A stretch of 59,217 bases of DNA, the filler included, from Sphacelaria rigidula (lineage: Eukaryota), in assembly GCA_964200075.2 (NCBI GenBank). It is 9 parts of 9 records of this genome, joined end to end, with 100 filler letters (N's around TTAATTAATTAA, not from the genome) between each part and the next. Parts side by side here need not be neighbours in the genome. Positions count along the whole stretch, not along the records: positions 1 to 6,492 come from CAXNAA020019758.1; positions 6,593 to 13,083 come from CAXNAA020019759.1; 7 more parts are not named here. The stretch is one strand, 5' to 3'. The position numbers and the translations under genes were made by a program. The number at the start of each line of letters is the position of its first letter. Within the stretch, counting starts at the first letter, position 1. This document shows positions 1 through 10,370 of this stretch, piece after piece. The notes under the pieces are model-generated. The model saw nothing but the letters and a program-made list of their open reading frames with translations. It did no database searches and had not been told where the DNA came from.

Positions 1-2517
1 GGGAGCGGTTGATTCTCATTTCAAAATACGTTCTCATTTTTCTGGCAACCCTGTTTACTGTTGTATACAGCCTGTCTTCAGGTTCTAAATCTAGAAAAAT
101 ACTGCAGAACTGCCGTGCTGTTTGGTGTTCAGTGTAGTACTCTGCACTTAATATACCACTGCAGAGTTATCTTGTGCTTGGTGTACCACCCTGTACTCCA
201 CGTAATGGGGTCATGTTTTGAGCAGTTCTTGAGAAGTTCTGTTAAAAAGTTCTGCTTGTTTTTCTGTCACAGAAATCCGACCCCGGATCTGGAATAGCCT
301 TAGACAAGAAGCAATTCGAAAATTGGAATTGGAATTCGTGTTGCATGGACAATATGGAAACGGACTGGCGTCGAAAATGCGTATGAATATTGAACCTACC
401 CGTAGTACCCGTCAAAGGTTCCCGCCAAATAAAAATATTTCGACAGGTACTGTAGTAGGTTCGATATCATCTACAATTTCGACGCCTATTCGTTCCCATA
501 AAAAACATTCGTTTCCATTTTTCAGGATCTCCTGTCACCTGGCGAAAAGGCATATAAAAACGTGTACGCACTGTTTGACAAAACGCCGTGTACGCTGCAC
601 TTCACTTTTGTTGATGCTGCTGCTACCGTGTGGGCGGTTCAGTGCTTGTGTTGGTGTTTCACTGGCATAAATAGCTCGTAATCAATATCGTTATACCGTC
701 CGATCGTGAATCCATCGTCAACCCACGCATCGTGAGCTCCGTGGTCGCGGTTTTCCCACCATTAGTCTTAGAGGAGCTCCAAGGTTCATCGTCTGATACA
801 CTCATCACGGACGAGGCGCGGTTTCGTCCGCTTTGGTTCCTCAACACTAAGCTTTGTGCCTGTCCCGGTTCCATGATGCCGGCTTGTGTTCGGTCTACCT
901 CGCGACAATACAACAAGCAAATGCCGGGGCGTGTACGGCGCATGCGGAGGTAATATCTCGCCTACCCCTGACCTGAGCCTTTCCACCTTCATGGGGGCCG
1001 AAAGGTGCTATGGACGGGTACTATTTGCCAATATTATCTACAAAACCGACCTCCGTTCGTTCCCATTAGAATGCCTCGTCCCCATTTTTCATGATTCCTC
1101 AATACTGTACAAGGTGGGAATCCAAAAGCCGATATTTTAGGACTTTGCGGGGCGATGGAGTTAGTTTAGGCGCACGTTGGCGATGTCAATATGAAAATGA
1201 GGTTGCCACCGTTCCGTAACGTACCCCTCTGGCCACCCGCCGTGCAATACCTGAGTACTCAAAACAAGTGGCATGAGGGCATGATACCTTGGGGGACTTA
1301 AGAGACCCTCCACCATGCTTTTGTAACAACCACTATGAATAAAAACGCCTGACACACTGGACCGTATGGCGGCCTTCCCGCAAACGTCAACAATACTAAT
1401 CTTGATCCTAGCAATAGAGTCGTAGCCTCGAAAATCAGCTGGTTCGGGACACAAGAGTTTGCAAAGGTCAAAAGATCTATCCTACACGTACTCAACAACG
1501 TTTTCAGGTCAACGACACAACAAAAAGCAAATAAAGTGGACGTGACTACTGTACTACAAGAAAAGTCGGGTCCAACATTTGATGGTAACACACCACCCGC
1601 CACGCACGGCTACTGACATGCTCAATTACAGCAAACAAAGCAGCACCCGAAGTGAAGGGAATTCTCAACGTGTCATGGCCGACGTGGTGTACACAACATA
1701 TGATGCGCCGCGGCGGCTTCTACTGTTCGCACTGCTAAGGACTGCAATCTATGAAGTAGCACAACAATTCACAGGAGGGGCGCGAGTCTGCAAGCACACA
1801 AGCCTCCTTATACCAGAAAGGGAGTAAGGAGCAACCTCAATTACCATTCGACAGGCACGATCAAAGACATCGTGCTGAATCAAGAGTATCTAAATTTCTT
1901 GACATGGTACGGCGCCACGTAATCTTTTCCCGAACATCGGCAGCAGGAAACGCCTAAAAACGCAACAACATTTGAAATATGTCAGGAGAAATATGGGGGG
2001 GGGAAATATATTGTGACGCATAGTTTTGTGGTACCAAGTGTACGGAATCATTCATAATACTGGACCTCAGGTATGAAGCAGGACATCAACTTGACCCCAA
2101 TAACACCCGACAGTAATACTCAGGTGACGACTACATAGAAAAGGATTGTGCAGAGGATACAACAGGGCACCCAGAGGCGGAAACGCAACATACCCGAACA
2201 GGCTCTCGACTCGGAACCGCACCACAAAACTGCACACCAAATGAAACATGAGGGAAACACTGTGGGGAAAGATGGGGGAATGGGGGTTTTACCACAGTGG
2301 CAACAAATCCTTCAGGAGATATTACAATGTGAACATGCCTCGACCCTTTTATACTGCGTTAATTTTTGCTGATTCTACAGGCTCGCGTTGCCACAAAAAC
2401 GTAAATGTTGTAGTCACATCTCGTCATGTATAACAACACATCATCGTACAGAAAATACGTTTTGGTCGAAATTGGCTGGGCAAGTTCCTTGTTGCATTCC
2501 AGTACACAAAGCCACAA

Positions 2518-4908
2518 TTACAGGATATCGGCGCTGTTGACGCCGATGGCGACATCAGCAGACCACGGATTAGTCTCCTCTTCGGTCCGACCCCCGCCGC
2601 GCTCACTTCCCCTCCGCCTAGTCGAACTCGCCCGTCCCCTACGATCTTGTTGGTATAAATCAGAGGCCCAACCATCCGTACCCACCTGATTTTGATAGGG
2701 ATCATAGTACGACGCTACCCTAGTTGTGCTGCCAGAAAACCGCCCTTCCCCAGATCGTTCCTGAATACGTTCCCGGGATCGCGAGCTAGATACCCGTTGC
2801 TCCCTGTACAGTCCTTCGCTGGTTCGGCCACGACCAGCTTCTGTGCTACGAGACGACCAACGCGATTCTCTTCCTTGCGGACTTCTAGATCCCCTCGACA
2901 GATTTCTGCCCGAAGCCCTCGCAGAAATTGTTCCCGCTCTTGCAGTCGGAGAATCGCCGTATACCAGCGTTTCTAGCGCAGGGCGCACGCGTCTTCTGGA
3001 AAGTTCCGGTAGGGCAGGTGCTGCTGCGGCAACTGATGCAGCAGCATCCAGATTCGGGCTTCTGCTCTTGCTTCTATTCTTGCTTCTGCTCCCGCTGCGT
3101 TTGATCCTGGTGTCTCTAGTTCCGCCCTCCACCACCCCAGCCGCTGCTGCTGTTGGCAAACCTGAACTGAGCACCGGGGCCTCGCCTGCCGGATGGCGGG
3201 TACCAGAACCTGGACTCGGCTCTCGGCTGAGGTTCCTCGAGCTCCTCCGGCTTTTGCCCGAGGGTTCCCTACTTAGCGTTCCCATTACACCCCCGGGAGT
3301 CTCCGCCGGTAGCGCCTTCAATGTCATAGCCTCACTCGTCGACATTTCGAAATCTCTGGGCGACAGCTGAGAAGCCGTCCCAGCAGCTCCCGAGCCCCGA
3401 TGCATTGGCCGAGAATCGGGCGAGGAAGACGCGGACTCTGCGCGCCCATTCGGGCTCCGGCTGTTGTGGCTTGACATGCCCCTCGACCTCTCCCCTCCAC
3501 TCCTCGGGCCTCTGCCCACGGATTTTGCCGACGAAATCTGTCTCGGGGTGACAGGAAGCGGGAAGTCGCCCGCGGGGGATGTAGCGGTCCCGTGTCTTGA
3601 ATCGGATAACCCGTACTCCGTGGAGAGCATCAAGTTTTCCTCGGCACTGTCCTGCACTTTCTTGCGGCCCCTCCCCCTGCTCCTGCTCCTACTCTTCACT
3701 TCGCAACTGTCCGAGCTTTCCTCGGGCTCGCCTCTGCGGCTAGTTCTGCCCCTGTTCGTGCCAACGACAACCCCGCCAGTACCTAAAGACCGCCCTTCCT
3801 TTCCGACTTCCGTGTCCGGTAAAGCAGAAAAACCCTTTCGGGTGACTGAGTTTCTCGCAGGAGATGAGCGAATTGCGAGCCCGGGACCGCTCTCTTCCCA
3901 GCCGCTGCCGCTGTCAGCGCCCTCCCAGTGCCCCTCCTCTGCGTTCAAGTCCGGGTCGCCCGACGTTTGAAGTACGCGCTGACGAGCGACCTCGCGCGAC
4001 TGTCGCTCGGCCAACGAAGTCTCGTCAATACTGCTCGGATCGGAGTTTTTTTTTTTGGACTTGCCCCCGGGGGACGCCGCGAAGTACTGGCTGGTCGCCA
4101 TACGTGGAGAATTCTCCGGATCTTGAAACACGGTGGCCGACGGTTGTCCCAAACGCGCCGCGATAACGTAGTCCTCTTCCACGTTGTCTCGGTCACCCCC
4201 CCCGCGCTTGTCCATGTTCCTCAGTCTCAGGGAGTTACTGCGTTTCATATTCCCCTTTCTCACCTTACCGGTCCTGCACATCACGATTAAACACAGGCAG
4301 CACACTAGCGCCGTACCCAGAGCCGCCATAAGCCCCATGACCACCCACCTCATGCTACCGCTCGCACCAAACAGCTCCGGCTCCTCCTCGGCAACTTCTC
4401 CGAGGGGACTGGGGTTACCGCTACTGCTACTGCTGTTGTTGCTGCTGCTGCTATCGCGGTCGCCTGTGGCCATGGGTGCACCCGTTCCCCCCTGAGCACG
4501 CTCTTGGCCCATCTTGGATAAACCATCGTCATCATCCACGGCGGCAGGGGCGGGCGTTGACACCCCAGCGGGACTTCCGATTCCCGTCAAGGCATCCCCC
4601 TCACACGTGGCGCAGCGTAAGTCTCCGGTGACAGTAAGAGTGGCTTGGCCAAAATATCCTTCGCAGTCATACGGCTCGTTCTGGAAGCAGAAGAGGTCGA
4701 ATCCCGTTCCGACAACCGTGGGTGTAGGTGACGACTCTCCTGCCTGGACTGTGGCTGAGGACCCATCTCGACCGCTACTCTTGACTTCGTTTGTAGCGTT
4801 GCTATTTGGATCTACGAGCCCGGTGCGTTCTACGAAGAACGCGGCCGCCACTGGGACACCGAGAGTCTTTTCTGACGCCACGTTCCTGTTGAACTGAATA
4901 CGCTCCAA
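2518..4908 (-). CDS. Terminal exon of a Pmp-like single-pass membrane protein: end of ectodomain, TM helix, long disordered Ser/Arg/Gly-rich tail
   Basis: Part of the 838-codon ORF 2518..5034. Acceptor acgacAG|TTG at 4909/4908 is in frame (LERIQFNRNVA, an FxxN motif). Hydrophobic segment WVVMGLMAALGTALVCCLCLIVMC is followed by basic RTGKVRK. Stop TAA at 2518-2520. Confidence 0.85.
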   Translation of the reverse strand: MERIQFNRNVASEKTLGVPVAAAFFVERTGLVDPNSNATNEVKSSGRDGSSATVQAGESSPTPTVVGTGFDLFCFQNEPYDCEGYFGQATLTVTGDLRCATCEGDALTGIGSPAGVSTPAPAAVDDDDGLSKMGQERAQGGTGAPMATGDRDSSSSNNSSSSSGNPSPLGEVAEEEPELFGASGSMRWVVMGLMAALGTALVCCLCLIVMCRTGKVRKGNMKRSNSLRLRNMDKRGGGDRDNVEEDYVIAARLGQPSATVFQDPENSPRMATSQYFAASPGGKSKKKNSDPSSIDETSLAERQSREVARQRVLQTSGDPDLNAEEGHWEGADSGSGWEESGPGLAIRSSPARNSVTRKGFSALPDTEVGKEGRSLGTGGVVVGTNRGRTSRRGEPEESSDSCEVKSRSRSRGRGRKKVQDSAEENLMLSTEYGLSDSRHGTATSPAGDFPLPVTPRQISSAKSVGRGPRSGGERSRGMSSHNSRSPNGRAESASSSPDSRPMHRGSGAAGTASQLSPRDFEMSTSEAMTLKALPAETPGGVMGTLSREPSGKSRRSSRNLSREPSPGSGTRHPAGEAPVLSSGLPTAAAAGVVEGGTRDTRIKRSGSRSKNRSKSRSPNLDAAASVAAAAPALPELSRRRVRPALETLVYGDSPTARAGTISARASGRNLSRGSRSPQGRESRWSSRSTEAGRGRTSEGLYREQRVSSSRSRERIQERSGEGRFSGSTTRVASYYDPYQNQVGTDGWASDLYQQDRRGRASSTRRRGSERGGGRTEEETNPWSADVAIGVNSADIL

Positions 4909-5753
4909 CTGTCGTGTTGAGTAGTGGCGCATCCATATGTTCCGCGGTGCGATATTGGGCGGGAGGGGGAAAGGGGGGGATAAACGGTGACTAAAAGCAC
5001 GTCGAGAACATCGCTGTGGCAGGCGGAACATCAAAATTTCATGTCGGGTGGCGTCAGTGACGGACGTATTCTAAAAATAGTTTTACATACTGCTCACGAA
5101 TCCACAAAGTGCATCAATGCTATTGCATTCGTCTGTGTACTTGACAGTTGGGGTACTGCAGTTCTCGATACTGCGGCCGGACAAGCGGTGCATCGTTCAA
5201 GGTTTCATTTCTGTCTACGCAGATTCCAAAACCCCTTTTCACCGCAATAAAAAGCCCGCGCGAGCTACACCCCCATGGGATAACACAATTCAGTACAGTG
5301 CTTATTTTCTTCGAAAGTGAACATTTTGGACTTTGGTACCGTACACCCTAATACCCTACAGTAGCGCGGTATCGACACGAGTCGAGCTATGCAGTACTCT
5401 AAACCTCGGCAAGTGCTTCACCCCTGTACCAGGCGTCGCTCAACCCGCTCCACCCCCCAACCCATGAATTCGACATTTTACCCTTCACCCCCCTCCCTCG
5501 GGACGTGTTCGCAGTCTCTGTCATCAAGCCGTCGTTCCTCTGGTACACGAGCATGCCTTGAAGTATAACATCGACCATCAAGTGCATCACCACTCCCATG
5601 CGTCCATCGACTTCCATGTAATTCGTATGCCCGTTCGTGAGTTGATACTACACACTTCGGGAATAAGGTGAGAGTCCAGAACGGCATGCAGACAACTCGA
5701 AGGTTAAAGCGATCAACACCTGCCCCCCCCCGCCCGTACCACTCGACACTCAC

Positions 5754-6137
5754 TTTCAGCTGATCCCTGCCGGTGTCATCGGCTGTTCCGAAATACAGCG
5801 CACCGCCGACAGTTTCAACCATTGTGCTGTTGAACACCGAAAGCCCCGCGTCTACAGAGGCTATCGCACCCCCGTACCCATTGCCTGAAAAGTTCTCCTC
5901 GAAAATTGTGCCCGACACACGTAGCGCGGAGCACGTGAAGGACTGGCCGTTGGGCGTAGATAGAGCGATAGAGGCGTTGAGGCGTTCCTCGTCCGACAGA
6001 TCACCGTTGACCACGGCCCCAAACAGTCCCTCCGCTTCATTGCTGGCAAATGTGGAGTCGATGATGCGGCCACCGCACAGGAACAATGCTGCGCCGCCGT
6101 ACCGGCCCAGGCAAGATTCGAATGTACTGTTCATCAC
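5754..6137 (-). CDS. Internal exon (128 codons, phase 0-0) with polymorphic outer membrane protein-like GGA(I/L)/FxxN repeats; same gene as 2518-4908
   Basis: Acceptor tacAG|GTG at 6138/6137 and donor AAA|GTGAGT at 5754/5753. Motifs YGGAA, STFASNEA, IFEENFSGNGYGGAI and VGGALY. Splices in frame to the 4908 exon across an 845-nt intron. Confidence 0.85.
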
Positions 6138-6324
6138 CTGTATTTCGTCGGGGGTTCAGCGTTAGTTTTCACCCGCGCCCGTGCGCAAGGGAGAGGGAGG
6201 GGGGTACCCATGATCATGCATGCCATAATCATAAGACACCATTTACCTTGCACCCCTTCTTTTTTGTTATGCCTCAGTCTGTCATGTCGTTCTGTTCAAC
6301 TTTTTTTTTTCTGTTCCTTATTTT

Positions 6325-6430
6325 CTTCAGAGCGTGTTTCAGATTCGTTTTATTGGGTACGTCTACTATGAGACCACGGCTGGATCTCTGGGGGGTCAGC
6401 TAAAGTGCGACAATCAATCAATCGATCAAA
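6325..6430 (+). mobile_element. Non-LTR retroelement/SINE 3' end with (CAAT)n tail; copies at ~8250-8420(-), ~8825-8945(-), ~25110-25241(+), ~53040-53170(+)
   Basis: Shared block tacgtcta..atgagaccac..ctgga..tcag..tgcgacaatcaatcaatc, ending in CAAT or GATCA microsatellite tails. Confidence 0.7.
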
Positions 6431-6492
6431 CTCCCTACAAAGTCGGGACGGAGTACGGCGGGTTTTCGCCGGACCAGGCTCGCACTCGATCA

Positions 6493-6592
6493 NNNNNNNN
6501 NNNNNNNNNNNNNNNNNNNNNNNNNNNNNNNNNNNNTTAATTAATTAANNNNNNNNNNNNNNNNNNNNNNNNNNNNNNNNNNNNNNNNNNNN
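6493..6592. other. Artificial 100-nt contig linker; also at 13084-13183, 19675-19774, 26266-26365, 32857-32956, 39448-39547, 46038-46137, 52628-52727
   Basis: 44 N + TTAATTAATTAA (stops in all six frames) + 44 N, identical each time, separating segments of 6490-6492 bp. Confidence 0.98.
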
Positions 6593-6593
6593 G

Positions 6594-6633
<40 letters not shown>

Positions 6634-6800
6634 CTTCACAGTAAAAACCGTTTCGATATCTGCGCAGTACTCTGTACGGGGGCATCTGATGCGGACGCCT
6701 TCCGTGGTCACAGGCTGACTAACTACCCCAAGCTCGGGTAAAAGAATATCATGAAATAAAAATCGGGCCCAGAAACAATTCACACGGACGCGTCATGAAA
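6593..6800 (-). mobile_element. Non-LTR retroelement 3' end with (CAA)n tail; copies at ~20497-20625 and ~22075-22260
   Basis: Three near-identical blocks gtcttcac..aaaaaccg..cgatatctgcgc..tgcggacgc..tccgtggtcacaggct, preceded on + by (GTT)n or (GTTCTT)n. Confidence 0.75.
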
Positions 6801-6964
6801 AATACAATTGCAAAAAACATGCTGTTGTGTGTACATGCATTAGGTATGGAACGACAACATTGGGGACAAGAAGCCGCGCCCAGACGTTCTCATAGGACGA
6901 GGCTCCTTTCCCGTCTCTCACTTCGCATCATCATCATCAGCAGGCAGCTCGCTCGGACTAACAG

Positions 6965-7091
6965 GCGTGGATGACGACAGAGGGCCCAGAGAACGCGTGG
7001 AAGTGGATCTCGTGCGAGGCGGTCGAAGCGCCAAAAAAAAGCCGAAGCCGGCCGGCTTCGTCACCATGGCCTTGTCGTACACCCCACCCAG
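6965..7091 (+). CDS. Possible isolated internal exon resembling the C-terminal strands of a C2-like domain
   Basis: ctaacAG|GC acceptor and cccAG|GTTTGT donor. Translation VDDDRGPRERVEVDLVRGGRSAKKKPKPAGFVTMALSYTPP. Confidence 0.35.
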
Positions 7092-7199
7092 GTTTGTCCG
7101 GCATTACCCATTCGTAGGCGACAATGAATGCGACCCCTTCCCCCCCCCGCGTGATGGCTTTTAGGGGTTCGGGAACGTCTCACCCGGGGGTAACATTTA

Positions 7200-7591
7200 G
7201 GGGGCGAGGGGGTGTACTCATGATCTTGCATGCCGGAGTCACAGGACCATTGACCTCGCATCCCTGCAAAACCGAAACGGAGCACGCCGGGTTTTCGCCG
7301 GACCAGGCTCGCACTCAATCACGAAGCGCAAAGCGCCGTGATGTGTTCGGCGAGTCGCATGAAGGGTGAAGCTGCATCCTGCTAAGGTTGCTCGCCCTGA
7401 GGCGTACTGGTCATGGTGCATTTGGATGGCAGCCTCCAATGAGTTGCTTCATTTTTTTGCGTCGCCACTTCCAGAGACAGCCACGGCTTATGCTCTGCCT
7501 CATGGGTGTCCCATCATTTCAACACTACGTGGTACGATCATCCCCATTGTGCGGAGTTGAGGTTCTCCCACCCCGCACAATATGATCTAGC
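7200..7591 (+). repeat. High-copy interspersed repeat (~390 bp, probably non-LTR retroelement-derived); copies or fragments at 6431-6492, 10372-10670(-), 51975-52115(-), 56606-56996(-), 58250-58345(-), 58560-58960(-), 59163-59217
   Basis: Recurrent text gggggtgtactcatg..gcatgccg..gaccattgacctcg..ggaccaggct.gca.tcaatcac..gcatgaagggtga.gctg..ccacttccagagacag, seen in several contigs. Confidence 0.85.
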
Positions 7592-9519
7592 TGTACCACC
7601 ACCATGGTTACCGCAAACAAAACGCAAGCGCGCAACGAAAAATCGTAACCTGGCTGCCTAGCTTACGCAGTGAGTGACGTGTTTTGCAGCGTCATCGCCA
7701 ACCGATTCCAGCCCCAAAGGGGATTCGTCCCTACAAAGCCGGGATGGTGCACGCCGGAGTTCACCGGGCCAGGAGGGGGGCGGGGGTGATTTACTGCGTA
7801 CCGTAGACGACGGTGTATATCCATGGTACGTAGTCCATCACCTCCTAAATTATACCCCCGGCTGATTTTTTTCCCGGAAGCTTTTGGCACCATGTTGGTA
7901 TCCATGGTACTGCACAGGAGTACATAAGGTATACCCCCCTTCCTTGAACATCACCCTCGGGTGTTGCGTTTTTTGGGTCTCAAAAAGTGATCATCCGGCG
8001 GTCGGAAACGTTGTCGAGGGCGGCACGACTGTACTGTACAGTACTGTGGATATCGGTATGGCACCAGAAATAACCGTAACAAACAGGGGAGGGTGTGTCA
8101 CGTACCTGTGATACATCGTTCTTGTCTACGGTACTTGTGTCACACGACGTTGACTGGGCGCGTTCGGACGGGGGTACTGATATGCCCAAGTGCAATCCGA
8201 TGTGACGGTGTGAAAACAACGTAAATATGATCCTACCGACATAATCAATGGATTTGATCTGATCTGATCTGATCTGATCTGATCTGATTTGATTTGATCG
8301 ATCGACTGGTTGGTTGTAGCACATCAACTGATTCGCTGTGAACCCAGTCGTATGGTCATTAGATAGACGTAGTTAGGGCCAATAAATACAAGGAAATACC
8401 CACTGAAATAATATCGAGAAAGAGGAGAGATGAAACAGAAAGGAGACAGGAAAGGAAAGGAAAACAAAATATAAATACAAGGAAAAGACCAGGTCAAGAT
8501 ATAGCATACGTCCTGAGAGAATATTCCTGACAGTTCCCTACCGCATGGCTTGCGGTCAGGAGACCGTACAATTCTCCCCCAACTTACAGACAGGAATGAC
8601 GGGGACATATTACACTAGGGCACAACTGATTGGAGACGTCGTCGATTCGTGGCTGTGAGTTATGTTGTTTGCCCAATGTCTGGAGTGCTTGCGTCACAAG
8701 ACGTTTCACAGAGCAACTGTGTTGTTTTTCAAGAGGTCAAACACACCGTGCATATTCCATCAACTACCGTCCAAGATACTCGTACTGCAGAGAAACAAAA
8801 CTGCTAGGTGAATATGTCAGTGGCATTGATTGATAGACAGATCCACGACTTGTCGCGTATTGTTAGCTGATTTGGTATACATCTGGTCGTGGTCATTAGA
8901 TAGACGTACCCCAGGTAAATAAAGGGAAATACTCGCTGAACGAAGGAAAGTGGAGATTAAAAAGGCAGAGAGATAGAGGAGAAAATGAGGGGAAACTATT
9001 GGTCTGGTGCACATAAGAGAACGTGACTGTTGCTTTTGAAAGACAAAAACAAACCGCACGCAGCTACTGTAACGTCCGAGACTTGCAGAAACAGAATCGC
9101 CGACAAGAGCGAGTACCATTCGGTAATCTAGAAGGCCTATTTAGTATTCAATCAGTTCAGGGGCGGATTTTTCCACAGTTGGTAACCTACAAAGATCATT
9201 TGATCATTTTTGCGGCGATTTTTCTACACGTGGTTGTATTGTTATTACACACTTGTTATCTCGGGTCATTTTGCCTCGTATCTTTTGCACATATATTACT
9301 ACACGAGGATGCAGGGTCAGGATGTGGCGTCTGCAAATCGTCACACGTCAGAGTGAGACAAGAGGGACGCTTCATGAATTCATCAAAGAGAGAGTTTTGC
9401 TGCGCTATTTCTTCACATGATGTAGCTATCAAATATTGAAGTTTAGGATCAAGCCTACTAGAGGTTCAGCACTGTCCCCTTTTATTTCCTACACAACGAG
9501 GGCCGTTCATTCCTCTCCC

Positions 9520-10370
9520 CCACAAAACAAACAGAGACATGAGAAAATTGAGATAGAAATATAGCGTAAATAACGTGCAGAGAAAGAGATTGCCAGCCAT
9601 CGTTGATGGGATTGTATGAAAGGAAATGACGAAAGGGCAGGCTGAAATACGATGGGATAGAGAAGTCGAGAAGGCATGGAAGGAGATAGGAGTAAACCAA
9701 GAGGAAATACTGTCTATAGGTGAAGGTGCGAGGTACAAGACGAAAGTAAGAGACATGATGGAAATGAGGGGAAAAGAAATGCTCAGACGCAGAGTAAACG
9801 AGGAAGAACACCTGATATACGGGGGGGGGTTGAGAGAGGGAATAAGGATGAAAACATATCTGCATGGCCCATGGGTGCGGCGAAAAAGTCGAAACTGCGA
9901 TTTCGGCTGGGGGACCTGGACCTGCCAGAAAGAACAAAGATATATACCAGTAGTCGAAAGGAGGAGGAAGAAGATGCACATAATTTCCCCTGTGGCAGAG
10001 CAATAGAGAGCTTGAGTCATATGGTGGCAGAATGTGAACTATACAAGGAGGAACGGGACGTGCGTAAGGGGGAAATGCGGGACGTGAACGAAGGTGGCAT
10101 GGAATCGTTTAATGCAGTATACAGTGTGGAAAAAACGATGGCTATACTAGGAGATAGATGGTGGCCCTTGACGGCGAAAGAGGACGGGGATAAGATATGT
10201 AAGCGTTTTTTAATGTGGTGTTTGGAAGGAACGTATTGAGCACCGAAATGTTGGGGGTGTCTCTATCAGGAGTAGGAACGGTGCTCCGTCTCGAAAGGGA
10301 TGCGTGGTCAATGGTCAAACGACCAGGGCAAGCAACAAATGAGTAAGCCTCCCCCCCCTCCACCCCCCGA
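9520..10370 (+). mobile_element. 5'-truncated LINE: post-RT C-terminal region with degenerate CCHC finger plus 3' UTR; small fragments at ~26455-26585 and ~32740-32856(-)
   Basis: Frameshifted ORFs 9626..10006 and 9871..10239 (KLRFRLGDLDLPER..PCGRAIESLSHMVAECELY..ILGDRWWP). The 3' UTR ends in a C-rich tail. Confidence 0.75.

Noticed and set aside
1161..1454. Homology to 24401-24820
   Set aside because: Only a short TQVL-like match across a frameshift, which could be chance.
2692..4897. Plus-strand ORFs of 94-175 aa
   Set aside because: Antisense shadows of the GC-rich minus-strand exon.
4909..5034. N-terminus of the 838-aa ORF as a true start
   Set aside because: It lies upstream of an in-frame splice acceptor in a pyrimidine-rich intron end. 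The gene continues in the 5754-6137 exon.
6537..6548. TTAATTAATTAA palindrome recurring every ~6.59 kb as a biological periodic site
   Set aside because: Always centred in 44+44 N. It is a six-frame-stop assembly linker.
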